Of a DNA stretch of 64,000 nucleotides, positions 34,942 through 48,300 are shown piece after piece (the stretch's first letter is position 1; the number at the start of each line of letters is the position of its first letter). Made by a program: the position numbers and the translations under genes. The notes beneath the pieces are model-generated. The model was not told the DNA's origin. It made no database searches and saw only the letters and a list, made by a program, of their open reading frames with translations. Origin of the DNA: Phaeosaccion multiseriatum. Taxonomy: Eukaryota > Protista > Ochrophyta, other classes. The stretch covers positions 1,302,001-1,366,000 of the forward strand of contig OZ218952.1 of NCBI GenBank assembly GCA_965112735.1. Reading direction: 5' to 3'.

Positions 34942-36804
34942 ATGACCTCGACCGACGCATCGGACAGCAGCAGCACCACCACCAGCACCACCGACCACAG
35001 TGCGAAGGACATACAAAGGGGGGTGCCCGGCTGTCCCCACGACTGGCAGCTGTGCAAGACCACTCTGACGGCCAAGGTGAGAAGGGAAGGACGGAAGGGA
35101 AGGGTTCAACGGGGGAGGAAAAGCCGTGTATTCTGTCCCTGCTCCGCCCGAGGCGAAAATGCCCTCCTCCCCATCCCGCCCCCTCGCTCTCTCTCAGTAC
35201 TGTTCATCCCCTGCTTTCATAGTGGCCTCTTACGCCCTCTTGTCCCTCCTTCCCCTCCCTCTCCTCTCCTCTCCTCTCTCTCTCTCTCTCGGATGCCGCT
35301 GCTCTCTTATGGAGACAGGTGGTGCATGGCTTTGGAAGAGGGGGTAAGATGCTGAACATGCCCGTAAGTCAATTCAGGGACACACCCACCCCCCCACACA
35401 CACAGGAGCGAGGGGTGTGGGGGGCATGCATGTATGCCCACACCGGGGTCTTGGGCCGGAGGTGGCTGTAGGAAACGGGGGTGAGCTTTCGGCTTTCGGC
35501 TTTCGGCCTGACCTCTCATGCTCTCAGCGCGCTCTCTGGCACTCTACACCCACCCACCCACCCACCCACCCACCCTCCCACCCACCTACACAGACGGCAA
35601 ACTTGGACATTGAGCAGCCCGGACTACGCAGCACTGTGGACAGCATGGACACGGGCATCTACTTCGGCTGGGCCGGCCTCAGGGGGAGGGTCTACAAGAC
35701 CGTCCTCTCGCTGGGGTGGAACCCCGTCTTCAAGAACGAGAAAAAGACCATTGTACGTATGGAATCCTTACGTACACTTTGTGTCGTCGTTGGTGATGAG
35801 TGGCTTCGAGTTCTCTGTGCAGTCATGGTGGGGTGGGGTGGGGAAGGATCGGGTGGGGCAGGGTAGGGTGGGGTCAGGTATGTTAGAGTAGTCAGTGCTG
35901 TCGCCCACCTCATCTTGCCTTTCCCGTCTTGTCCCCCCCCCCCTACTTCCTCCTCCTCCTCCTCCTCCTCCTCCTCCTCTCCTCCTCCTCCTCCTCCTCC
36001 TCCTCCTCCTCCTCCTCCTCCTCCTCCTCCTTTTTGGGTCCCTGCCCCTCTCTCACCCACCCACAGGAGCCCCACATTCTGCACAGATTCGAGGAGGACT
36101 TCTATGGCGCGGAGATCCGTCTCATGGTCGCCGGTTACATCCGCCCCGAGCTTCCCTTCGACTCTCTTCAGGACCTGTGTGAGGTGAGGCAAGGGAGGGG
36201 AAAGGAGATGGCAGGAGGGAAAGCAGGCAAGCAGGGGAAGAGATAGAAAGGGGGAGAGAGAGCAGTAGGGAGGGAATGTAAAGGGGTGAGTGTGTGGGGG
36301 TCGAGAGGGAGGCACACGCTCGTCTGTGTGCTTTGGTTGGTATGCCCCACTCCACTCCACGAGCGTGTCAAGAACTTTCCTCCTCGCATTGTACGCCGCG
36401 GCGATGTATAGGCGTCATGCCTGCCAGCCACAACACCACAACATTCACACAGCGGGGGGGATTGCTTAAATCACAGTCAGTCAGTCACACCCTCCCTCAC
36501 GACTGCTCACGACTGCCCTATCATATACTCCTCTACTAACGACAGCCCCATACGCCTCTACTTGGTGTTGCAGGCCATGAAAGTGGACTGTGAGTGGGCG
36601 TCCGAGCGCCTGGACCTCCCTGCCGCGAGAGCTCTTCTGCAGGATTCGTTTTGGTCCGCGAAGACCGAAGAACAGTCCAAAGAAGAGGGGGAGAGGAAGG
36701 GGGAGAGGGGGGTGGTGGCTGCGAAGGATGGGCCTTCCTCAGCCAGCGACCGACTCGTACTGACGGACTACTCATACGAGCCGCCAGAGTCGTTCGACTT
36801 TTGA
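34942..36804 (+). CDS. RFK: Riboflavin kinase (exons 34942-35076, 35319-35363, 35594-35752, 36067-36183, 36574-36804)
   Basis: All four introns are phase-0 GT-AG. The spliced protein has VVHGFGRGGK, PTAN (across a junction), GIYFGWA, SLGWNPVFKN, EPHILHRF..DFYG and GYIRPE, all diagnostic flavokinase motifs. The true start may lie further upstream. Confidence 0.93.
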
Positions 36805-37847
36805 AGTGGAGGTGTTGGAATTTTGAGCAGGGATGCAGGGACGTGAAGATGCCTGCTCCTGAGGCCGGATGCCTCCTTCGTCGTACCCCACGCGGTGCGT
36901 CTTTCGGCTGCAGAGAGAGAGGAGCGTCAGAGTGTTTCCTTTCTCTGTCTCTCTCGCTCTATCTCTCTATCCGTCTTTCCGCCCTCTCTTCCATGCAACG
37001 TTGCATGCTTCCGAGCCGGACGAGAAGCAGTGTGCCGACGAAGTACTGCTACCCCTACCCCAATGGGGGGGGGGGGGGTGCGTGGGTTTTTGATGTGATG
37101 GGTGGACACAAGTTTAGTTCAGAGTATTGCTGCAAGAGCAGGGCCTTTCGACATGAACATTTGTGTGAGGACGGAGCAGCAGGTACCAGTCCAAGGAGTG
37201 GCCACCATCCGGCCCTTTGGAGGGAGGGAGGATGGGATATGGAATGACGCAAGGGTGCGAAGGTGCTAGACACCATCTCCAGCGATAGGCGCGGCTCTGG
37301 GCCTCTCTGGTGTAGGCCTACCCATTTACCGTACCGACCGACAAGACAGAGGCAGGAGATGGCACTGTAAGGAGACTGGCGCACGTAGCCTCCCTGCGTA
37401 TGCTCCCCTGGGCCTGCCCCCCTGGGCCTTGACTTGGCGTGGGGGAGGACGCCGCGCAGTGACGGTGGCGCTCACTGCCCTATTCGAGATGAGAGCTCCA
37501 GGGGCAACAGCTATAGTAGCGGCAGCGATGACGATGGCAGCACTTGGTGATGCGTCGCACAGCAACAGCGGCAGCAGCAGCGGAGAGAGTATTTCACGGG
37601 TGGGAGCAAGGCTCGACAGTTTTTGTTCGGGTGAAGGAAGCAGGGAAGTGATTGGGACTGAGCGCGTGGGTACTCACTGCTGTTTGCAGCTGTGGATCTC
37701 TCACGAAGGGACACAGGAGCCCGTGCGTGTGTGCGTGTGTGCGTGTGTGCGTGTGCGTGTGTGCGTGTGTGTGCGTTGTGTGTTGTGGTGTATGGGTGCG
37801 TGCTGTGCGCCACACCACCCGTCCCCCCCCCTCTGTCCTGCGGACAG

Positions 37848-39421
37848 ATGGACATACTGCCAAGAATGGATGGGAAGGGGCTCAAATATATCATCAGTAG
37901 GAAGATGGCAGAAGATGGAGAAGAGAAGCGAGAAGGCCAGAAGTACATACGAGCTGAGACAAGTTTTCCATCGCCTCGAACTGTGGTGCTGCCGTCCCAT
38001 GCACAATTGCGTGCAACACCTTACCAAGGACAGGGACGTGGCATGGAAGATGACTATTCGTAGTATGTAGTGGAAGGGAGGGGGAAGGGGGAAGGAAAAA
38101 ATTAGGCGGACAAACTGAAATTAAGTACTTTCTCAGCTGTTCGCTCCCCCCCTCTTTTGCCCAGAGGAAGGGCGCGTGATCATCTCAAAGGCTCCTTGGG
38201 GGAGGGACAGATCAAGGTAGGATGGTGGTGCACACACCAGCAGCGCCTGCGGCACCAACAGCTCCCACGCAGCAGCAGCAGCAGCAGCCTGCAATCCCAG
38301 CTAACGGGAACGATGGCGTTGCGACAGATGCACCGGCAGCAGCAGGAGAAGATCCAGCCGCGGCAGCAGCTCGGCCGCCGCCCATGTTTGTGGCCTATAA
38401 TCCCCAGAAGAGAACGCCTCGAGCCCAGGCAGTAGTGGTGCGGCAAAGAGGAGGGGCGGAGGCCGCCGCCGAGGAGGAGGAGAAAGTAAGGTCGGCGCTC
38501 ACCAACCCGTTCTCAGCCAACTACGTGGGACCAGAGGCGGCGGCGGCTGTCTTATTGGCGGCATCGTCCGGACCACCAGTAGGTAGCGGTGGTGGTGGTG
38601 GCGCCCCCCCGAATCGCAGAGAGAGCGTAACGTGGCAGACGTCTTCCCTGTCCGGCGACGGCCCACCCACAGGACCAGCAGGAGGGCCTCCACTGGGCCC
38701 AGCAGCAGCAAAAGCAGCAGCAACAGATGTAGGGCCACCAATGCCAGATGCAGGGCTGGTAGAGAAGCCATCGACACCACCCAGAGCTACTGATACAGAT
38801 CGGGAGAGGACTGCACCCCACCACCGCCCCGCCCCTGCGAGCATCACATGGAAAGGCTCGTCAGTCACTGGAGACGGCCCTCCCATGGCAACAGGGGCTC
38901 TTCCCGATGCAGAGGACCACCTGTCGGCGGGAGCAGTGGCAGCTGCTCCTTCGGTAGCAGCAGAGGCAGTGCAGAAGGAGCCTAGTAATGCTGCCCACGC
39001 CCCAGTGGGGGACGCTGAGCAGTGGAGGCCAGGCCCTTCGGTTGGGGACGAGCAGCAGACGCAGGTACAGCTCGGCAGAGACGGGGCAGAGGATGGAGAA
39101 GAAGAAGGAGGAGGGGGAGGAGGAGGAGGGGAGGGAGGGGGGGAAGGGGGAGGGGAGGAGGCATCTTGGTGGCAGGGGGCTGGGGAACAGCAGCAGGCAC
39201 AGCCAGAAAGAGAGGGGTGGGACGTGGGAGCTCCACAACAAGCGTTGCAGCCTGTGCATCCTCAGGGCCCTTCCCAGCAGCAGCATCAGGAGGGAAGGCC
39301 GCAAGAGGCCAGAGGAGATGGGGAATGGTGGGCTCAGGGGGGCGATGAACCACAGCAGCAGAATCAAGATCACTCGTATCAGGAGCAGCAGCACCATCAT
39401 TATCAGCAGCAGGATAGTCAT

Positions 39422-39462
<41 letters not shown>

Positions 39463-39797
39463 GGAGGACGAGGCTCATCAACAGCAACAGCAGCAGCAAC
39501 CACAACAGGAAGAACAGCAGCAGCAGACGCAGGGCGAAGACTGGTGGGTGGGGTCTTCGAGCGGCGCTCTCGAAGGCGACGGTACGAATGGGCACCATCC
39601 CAACCCACCACCTACTGCTGCGGCCCATCCGCATCAGCCGCAGGAATCGCCTGCTCAGGTTCAAGTGGAAGGGGGTGAGGTAATGGAGATAATGGGGGGG
39701 GGGGAGGATAGTCGTGGCGTCTGGAGTGGGCACTTTGGATCCGAGAAACAACAACAACAGCAACAACAGCAACAACAACAACAACAGCAACAACAGC

Positions 39798-39867
<70 letters not shown>

Positions 39868-40361
39868 GCAGCAGGGGGAAGACTGGGAGACCAGGTCTTT
39901 ACCCCGGCCGAGAGGGGAAAGTACCTTCGGTGACGGAGAGGGGGAGGGGGGAGGCGGCGCGGCACGTGTTCGGCGTGAGACCCACTCAGGGGCCCTCGCC
40001 ACTTCCAGAGACGAGCCACAAGAGCGACGGACGGAAGCTTCGGGTTGGAATAGTAATCACAATTGGCAGGGGGGGGGGGAGCAAGTGGGGCACGGCTTGG
40101 AGGCGGAGGGTAGTGCTGCTGCTCCTCCTGCTCCTCCTGTTGTTACTCCTGCTGCCCCCCCTGGAGCTTCCTACGGAGGCGATGTTGGTCCGGGTGGGTG
40201 GGGGCCTGGGGACGGGGGAGGGGAGGAGGACTACAGAGGAAGCGTGGGGGGGGAGGGGGACACATCGCACGGCGAGGAGGGGGGCGGTGGGCGCGATAGC
40301 TTGAGGCCGGCGCCTCTTGAGCTGCCAGCAATGCCAAGCGACCAGAGCGACCAGCAGCAGC

Positions 40362-40402
<41 letters not shown>

Positions 40403-42165
40403 GAGCAGCAGGAAGAGCCTCAATGGAGTCAGACGTACCCTGGGGGTCAGCACGAGCATAGCCAGGCGCAGGAACTGCAGGGGCAAGGTCAGGGACAGGG
40501 GGAGGACGCAGAGCTGCAGCGCAAGGGTATGCGAGCGACCACGAGCCACGAATCTGCAGCGGCCGGTGCAGGGCGGGCCACGAAGTCGGGCAAGGAGCCG
40601 TTTGATCTCTTCTATAACGAGGTGTACACGCCAGTCTCTTCTCCCTTGTGGAAGTGGGGCCAGGGAGGCAGCGGCGGTGGTAGTGGCAAGGGTGGAAAGT
40701 TCAGTAGCAGCAGTACGGTGTCATCGTTGAGCACAGCGGGGCAGACTAGAGCCACGAAGGGGCGTTCTTCGAGACTCGCAAATAGCGTTACTCTGGGGGA
40801 GGAGGAGGAGGAGGACCAAATCGCTGCGTGGCGAACGTCCAAGGGAGCGGGAGGACCTGCTTCGGGGGCTGCAGTTGGTGATATAGCAGCAGGAGGAGGA
40901 GGAGGAGGAGGCGGAGGAGGAGTGTCGCCGACGGGCTTTTATGGGGGCAGGGATAGAGAGGAGTGGGCAGCACGCTCTGCCCCTGTGTCCCAGGCTCTGC
41001 AGCGGGCGACGGAGGACTTGGGGAAGGTCAGGACTATGTGGGGGGAGAGAAGCAAGGCCAATAGCGCCGCCTTGAAGCAGCTAGAGCAGGTGGTGATACG
41101 GCAGCGCCAGAAGGAGGTGCACGCGGTGGAGGCCGCCATCGATGCTGAGTCCGAGCAGTGGGGCAGCAGCGGGAGGGGCGGCAGCAATGGGATAGAGGCG
41201 GAAGGTCAAGACCCTCCACGGCAGCACGCGGAGGAGCAAAGTGGCATGCGGCTTTCGCAGGTGAGGGGAGGGGGTGGGTTCAATGATGCAGGGGGGAGGA
41301 TCAGGGCCGAGGCGATGGATGCGTATCGCACTTGGTGTGTGATTAGAGATGAGATGAGCTCTTGAGTGCGAACCGAGCACCCGACCGAAAGAAACAAGGG
41401 TCAAGCAGGGCTTGTTTCGAGTACTGCCCGGCCCGCCTCGATGATTGCTCCCTCTCCCTGCCTCTCTCTCCCTCTCTCTTTCTCCTTATCTTCTCTCTCT
41501 CTCTCTCTTGCTCTCCTCTTGCCTTGCTCGCAAATGATTCCTCCCTCCCTCCCCTCAGGAGCTTGACATGGATACAGTGCGGACAACAAACGATGTGGAG
41601 ATGCTTCGGGCCACAGTGCTGCAGATGTTCGAAGTGGTGAGTCGCGCTATGAGTGGTGCCTATCATATCGTAGGATGGTGGCAGAGGGATGGCAGCAGAG
41701 GGATGGGTGGCCGGGTTGAAGCAGTAGAATGTACCTTATCTACCTACCACATGGAACTAGCTGAAGGGCGGCGTGGGCTGTTGGAATCCATCTCAATGAT
41801 GTTGTTCGTTTTGTAAACTGCAGAAGCTAGCTGCGCTCTAACCTCCAAGGCTATCTGTCCGTCATCCATCGTTCACACACGCCTCATTCCTTTTCCTCCC
41901 CTCTGTACGTTTCTCACTCATTCCTCTCCTGTTCTTGTGTTCAATGCACGCACGCACGCACGCACGCACGCGCGATGGTGTGACTCAGCTGGCGGAGCAA
42001 AGTGAGGCTCTGACGGAGTCCATGAGGACCCAGGGGGACTTGTCGGAGGCATTCGAGCAGCTGCTGGAGAGGATAGAGGAGCAAGAGGAAGAAGAGCAAC
42101 AGCGAGAGCAACAGCAAGGGCAAGGGCGAGAGTACGCCATAGAGGGCGGCGACGACTTGCTATAG
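37848..42165 (+). CDS. Unknown Q/G/E-rich low-complexity protein with a probable C-terminal coiled coil (main exon about 38165-41260, then 41559-41636 and 41990-42165)
   Basis: Open frame of more than 1000 codons, a donor CAG|GTGAGG at 41261, and compatible downstream exons ELDMDTVRTTNDVEMLRATVLQMFEV and LAEQSEALTESMRTQGDLSEAFEQLLERIE. The 5' exon is uncertain. Confidence 0.6.
39749..39874 (+). repeat. CAA/CAG repeat encoding about 42 Gln
   Basis: Directly visible, in frame within the Q-rich gene. Confidence 0.9.
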
Positions 42166-42681
42166 CGTTTTTTCTCATCGTATTTTACAACTATCTCCCC
42201 TACGGTGTCAGTAAAGATTTAACCTACTGTCCCTGTGCTAATCTTAGTACGTGCGTGTGCGCGTGTGCGCCACCTCTACCAATAACCTTAACCTTGCTTA
42301 GAACTTGGCGTGTGTGTGTGTGTGTGTCCCGTGCACATCTAACTGCTACCCTGCTACTTCAAACAAGCCCAGGCCCATCCATCAACAGCTCCTCTCTGTC
42401 AGCATCATAACTTGATGAGCGCAGTCCCCACTACTTTGATTCTTATACCTGCCATGCTCTCCATCGCTCATTCCGCTCCCTCCTCCTATACTATGTCATC
42501 CCTCGTTGATCGCCTCCCTCCCTCTCTCGCGAGCTCCGCCGCCCAACAATCTCTGGGTGGTCTGGACTCTGGCTCTCGTGCTCAATCACAGCCAGCAGTC
42601 AAGCAGCGATGGATGAGCGACGGCACAGCCCGCACACAGGACCATGACTATCGCCCCTATCGCCCAGATCCATCCTCGCCC

Positions 42682-44329
42682 TCACACAATGAGGTCTCGC
42701 AACGAGTCACCGCGAATGGGGGTGATGGGGGCCGAGGCGGAGAAGGAGGGCTGCTTGATCTGACCCGCGATGAAGAAGGGTTGGGAAGCTTCCTCAGAGG
42801 CCTCGGATGGCGGCGTGGAGGAGCGCTCTCCTTCGAATGCCTCCGCCTCACCCTCCTGGCCCCCCGTCGCCGTGTTGTCGCTGCTAGCACCGTCACGCGC
42901 CGCGCTGCCATGGTAGGAGGAGGAGCCTGAGCCTGAGAAGGCGCCACCCCCACCCCCACCGCCCCCACCGAGCCCGGAGGCCGAGAGGGAGACTCCGAAG
43001 TGCGAGGCGGCGGCTCGTACGGCGGCACGCAGAGTGTCGTCCTCACCATCACCATCCTCAATGTCGTCGTCGTTCTCGTCCTTGAGCTGAGCACCGCCGA
43101 AGACAGCAGACTCTTGCCGGATCGGGGTCGAAGGAGAGAAGGACGAGATCTGGCGGCGAAGCGGACCGGTGGGCGGACTCTTTCTGATGGCTGCTGCTGG
43201 CAGTGGCGAGACGCGAGTGGCCGTGCCTTGATTATTGGCCGCCTCCTCCCGCGGCTGGGCAGAGCCTCTCACCAGTTTCCCTGATGGTCCTCCTCTTCTT
43301 GCTGCTGCTCGTGCCCGTGCGCCTGCTGCTGCTGCCGCTGCCGATGCGGCGGCGGCGGCGGCAGAGGCAGAGGCGTAGGAGGAAGCGGAGACCCCTGTTG
43401 TTGAGGCTGCGGGCTTGGCAAAGCACTCGTCGATCCGAGAATACTCCTCGTCACAGCGCTGCGCAGGCTCATTCTCGGCCTCCACTCGAGAGATGAGCTC
43501 CTCCAGCTCGAGAGAGACGGCGATGGCCACGGCGTCTGCATCATATCCCTCCTCCTGCGTGTCTGTCTGCACCTCCTCGCTCGCCGCACCGTCTGCCATC
43601 TCCGCATCGTTCTCGTCCCCCTCTCGCTCGTCCAAATGATGCCACCGCCGCTGCTGCTGCTGCTCGTCGAAGTCGGTGGGGTGCTGGGCATGCCCCGATA
43701 ACGAAGCAGGCCCGCGATCTTGATGCTGGTACTTCCGCTCACCCTCGTGTTGTTGGCTCTTGAGGCGGCTCCCCGCGCTGCTGAAGTGCGAGGCCAAGTG
43801 CCCGTCGGATGCCCTGAGGCCGGTGCTGAGCCCCGGCAAGAAGGACATGGGTATGGCACTACATAAAGAGGCCGTAAGGTTCGGATCTGACGGACCGCTC
43901 CCACCGCCAGCACTGCCGTTCTGCTGCTGCTGGGCGTAGTGGAAGGAAGTCGAGGTGTCGAAGGTCCTCGTGCTTCCCCCCTGGCGGTGGCCCAGGTAGC
44001 CGTGGCTGTAGTCACGGTCGGAATCCAAGGCCTCCAACGACGGCGTTCGGTAGTACAGCAGGTGGTGGGGATCCGAAGGAGGGCCTCGATGGGCTTGCTG
44101 CTGGTGAGTTCTGGCCAGCAGCGGGCCTGAAGAAGCACCACTTGCTCCGGCTTCTCCTCCTCCTCCTCCTCCTCCTCCTCCTCCTCCTCCTCCGGCCCCG
44201 TTGGGGGCGTAGCGGCGGCTACCACTGCCTCCGTCATGACCATTTCTCGATGCTCGTCCCTTGGGGCCCCCGAGACTCCGTAGTAGAGAGGAGGGGCCGA
44301 GCACGTCATCAGCAGTGCTGGTATAGTGG

Positions 44330-44365
<36 letters not shown>

Positions 44366-45296
44366 GTGCACATGACGAGGCCCGGGAGCTTCCGGGCTGA
44401 TGCTCGACGTGTCGTAGGACCGGGAGGCGTGGCGTTGGTGTGGGCGGCAGATGCGCCACTTGGTGACCCAACCGACGAGGATGACGTCACCGACAGCAGA
44501 TCTTCTGCGGTCGAAGAGGAGGGGGAGGAGGCTGCGGACTGCAAGCCGTCGGGGAGGATGGCGTCGAGCACACTCGGTGTCATGTTGGCTCCTTCTAGGA
44601 AGGCCTGCAAGTTGGGGTCTCGGTCCGCTCGGCTGTGGCACATACACTCCTCTCTCGACTGAAGGAGCTTGCGCGTCTTGTCCTCAATGCGCAGGCGCTC
44701 TGCGGGGCGTCTGACCGTGTAGAGATGCACGGCTTGCTCCTCGATTTGGCGGTCGAGGCTCTTGAGCTGGCGGTAAGGCCATTTCTTCCGTGGGCAGAAG
44801 AGAATTCGATGCGATGGGGGGCGGGGAGAGAACGCAGGGGGGGAAGAGGTATGTAAGTGCGTGGGGTGGTTGTGGCCGCACGTGAGGGTATAGCAAACAC
44901 GCTGTTCATGTACGATACAAACGGGGGGCGCACCCGTCGTGCCCCACTTACCAAGATGCCGAGCTTCCTGCACACACGCTTCACAATGGTGGTGGACACG
45001 CCGCTCAGGGAGGCCGCCTCCTCGATGGGGAGGTGAAACAGCTCCTGCATGACCCCAAGCGTGGCGTTGCGCGAGAAGCCCCTGCCCGTGACTCTGTCGT
45101 GCAGCACAGCAGCCTGCTCCGGCTGTTGTTGCTTCCTGGCGCGAGGGCCCGGGCTGCTCAGACCCCGGTCGTGGCGTGACTGCTGCTGCCGGTGCGGCTG
45201 CCGTCCAGAGCGCCCACGAGACGGTCCTCGTCTGCCGATGTCCTCATACTCCTCATCCCCGTCACTCAGAGGATCATTGCCGCAAAGCCCCTCCAT
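42682..45296 (-). CDS. RWP-RK domain transcription factor (intron 44951-44785)
   Basis: TLGVMQELFHLPIEEAASLSGVSTTIVKRVCRKLGIL|KWPYRQLKSL is the RWP-RK signature, split by a GTAAGT...AG intron and followed by a long disordered C-terminus. Start and end are approximate. Confidence 0.85.
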
Positions 45297-46689
45297 GTTG
45301 ACGTCAGCGAGGCAGAGGCGGGGCAAGAGGAATGGCCTACTGCCGACCCGGGAGATGCTTTGAGGAACCGAGAGCGAAAACTGGCTCGCTTTTGGCCCTT
45401 CACTTCAATCCTGCCAAGGTCTTCTTCTGTCGCCGAGCAAATGGACAGCCGCGCATACACGATCAGCACCTGACGCTCGCTCTACAAGGCAGGAGCAGCG
45501 GAGCACACAAACTTCCAGCCTTCAAAGTATGGCAAGAGTAGTGGGCACGGGCAGGGGAGAGGTTAAATATTCATTTTTTCATCAGCGGTCACATCTTCAA
45601 AAGCTCGCGGCGCTGTTTTCTCTTCTCTCTGCGTGGCCACCCCTCGCCCAGAGCCCTTTTCGCCCAGAGCCCGCGCCCTGCTCCCACCACCGACCTACGC
45701 CACGCCCCGCGCCTCCCCACCTCCCCGCCCCCCGCTTACCTTCGGTTACTGTTACGAAAGGCTGAGGCACGATCTAATCGGCAGGTGGCAAGGAGGCAAG
45801 TCTAACGCCGCCGCCGCCGCCGCCGCACTTAAAAAATTCCCGAGGGGAAACCCTTAGCGCTATATAATAGTAACATAATACGTAATGTAATACTAGATAA
45901 GAGTTGAGAGGGGGGGGGGGGAGGAGAGGGAATGGCGGTACATAAAAAGGCGCCACACGGCCTATAAGAGGCAGCAACCCCAACCCCGCGCCGCCGCGTT
46001 GCCCTCTGTACCATCAGGGGAGGAGCTCGAGTCGCGCTCGCCTTCGACGCATCTAGCTCCGAAGCGCCGCACCAGCCACTCCCCCGCACTTCTCCCTGCC
46101 TCGGTACGGCCGCCCGTCCGCCCGCAACGCCCTCCTCACTCCTCATGCCCTCGTCTCGACGTGCTGCTTGGCTCAGCCAAGCCACGAAGGGTGGTGGGGC
46201 CGGGCGGGTCGCTCTGGGGCTGCCCTGCCGCAGCTGACCAGAGCCGTGGATACTCAAGTCACTTTGTGGACTTGTCCGAGTCCGGCGGCTCACCGGCTCG
46301 TCTCCCCCGCTGCCCTCGACCTCGCTGCTTGGAGCCGGAGCCGTCGCGATTCGAGCCCGCGTGACTGTGAAAATACGGCATACGCCCTCCTTGCTCGGGC
46401 CACGCACCCCTGTCTTTCCTCCACGCTGGCACTGGGACAGGACGCCCTGGAGCAACATGTTAAGTACTTCTCTCTCCTCTCCTCTCCTCTCCTCTCCCGT
46501 ATGTGTGAGGGTTCGAGTGGCTGCATTTCAGAGTGCTGCCCGCTTCATGGCGCCGTCTCCCTCGGCTACTGTCAACTATACCACCCTCTTTGCACAAGCA
46601 ACCACGCCACCTACACCCTCAGCTTCGTGTCTACAAGCACCCCGACCGCATGCCCAATCATGCCCAAGTGTGTTAAGCCCTACTTGCGT

Positions 46690-48170
46690 GAGTTCTGAGC
46701 CATCGCGTCCCTGAGCAGCGCGAAAAAGCTTTCCGAAGCCTCAAGCCCTTTGCCCTGAACTGGCTACTCGGGCGTCTTGGCCGGGCCGCGCTGCCCTTCG
46801 CACACCATGCTCGACAGTAGCTCCTGCAGCATCACTTCCGCAGCCGGACAAGGGGCAGGAGCACTAGTGGCGACCGTAGCAGGAGCCTCGTCGCCACGCC
46901 CCCCTCCGCCTCCTCTTCCTTCTCCGCACCTTCCCCCCCCCCCTTTTCCACTCTGCTTACGTCAATGGGAGCCTCACCAGCGCCTGCCTGAGACTACAGC
47001 TCACTCCGAACAGCCTTTTGGGCCGCAGGCAGGAGAATGTCTCTGCAGAGGCTCTGGAGACTGATTGACCCCTTCACGGGCAGGAGCACGTCGTCGCCTT
47101 CGCGGCTGCCAGCAGAGCGAGGGACTTCCACATAGCATGCCGTGAACCCGGGGGGGGATCCTTGATGTTGTGAAGGCCACGCCCCCTGAAACGGGCTCTC
47201 CTAAGGATCCACCTAGCCGCCAGCGCAGGTCGAGCGTTGAATCGTTCTGAATGTCGTACTTGGACAGACTGCGCCCGTCCGGCAGCTCGACCTTCGCAAA
47301 GCTCAGCCTCTGCCGATCGGGAGGGATGCCCCCCGCGGGGGCGTGAATCCTCTCCTTCACATCTTCGATGATGTCCTCCCCCCTGGCGCCCATGGTGAAG
47401 ATATTTCCAGTCACTGAACGGAGCACGAGTGTGGGGATCTCACCACTCAGGCAATTGGCCAAAAGCAGGAAAATCTCGTCTCCGCTGGAGTAGTCGAGCA
47501 GAGTCGTTTGACTCGAAACAGAATACTACGGCGCTCGCTCCTTGTCTGTTTCCGGGTTGGCTCCCCTTTTGTCTTGCCCCTCCTCCCTGTGGAAGTGACT
47601 GAACGTCAGCTCCTGCTCCCAAGGATCCACGCCCGTCACACGTCTAAGCTCTTCTCTGAAAGTGTGCGTGGACCAGCATTCCATTCAAGCTCTTCTCACA
47701 GTAAACAAAGACGTCGAAATCTTGCGTTTGCTTGTTCGACGCCCCTGACTGACGAACGAGGAGCTCTTCATCGCTTTCATTCCTCCTCGCCGCGCTCCCA
47801 CTCAGTGCGGAGGACACCGTCTTGGAATTGACTGTCATACCTCCTTGCTCTAAGCTGCCTTCTCCCCCTGCTCCAGAAGCTTCGTCATCCACTACGGCTG
47901 CCAGCTCTTCAGTGCGTGCTCCAAGTCCCTACTGATGAGGCTCCCGAGAGCTAATCAAGACACACACACACAACTGTGCGTGAAGGCGCCAGTCGCATCC
48001 AGTCGACCAAGTGTGATGTATCACTCTGACCCCTCCTTCATAAGAGTATCCCTTCTTGTCCTCAGCTTCCCCGCGGTTCTTTTTCCTGAGGTCCATAACA
48101 GAGAGGGACTCAAGTGCCATTCTGGTGTGCTGCCTCGCTATGTTGCAAACAGCACGCTCTACATCCTTTG
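46690..48170 (-). pseudogene. Degenerate paralogue of the internal-UBL family
   Basis: Fragments in several frames: GGMTVNSKT...[17 protein letters not shown], the UBL ...IEDVKERIH...[11 protein letters not shown]...[24 protein letters not shown], and DNA matching the family C-terminal module (CTCTGCTGGCAGCCGCGAAGGCGACGACGTGCTCCTGCCCGTGAAGG). Multiple frameshifts and stops. Confidence 0.85.
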
Positions 48171-48300
48171 ACGTTAGTCCCCCCCCCCCCCCCCTCGTTC
48201 CTACGACGCCGACGCGCGACGCACGACGCGCTCTCAGACTTTTACTGTTGTGAGGTCTCCCCCCGAAAAAAAATAAAAATAAAAATAAAAGCTTTTCGTA

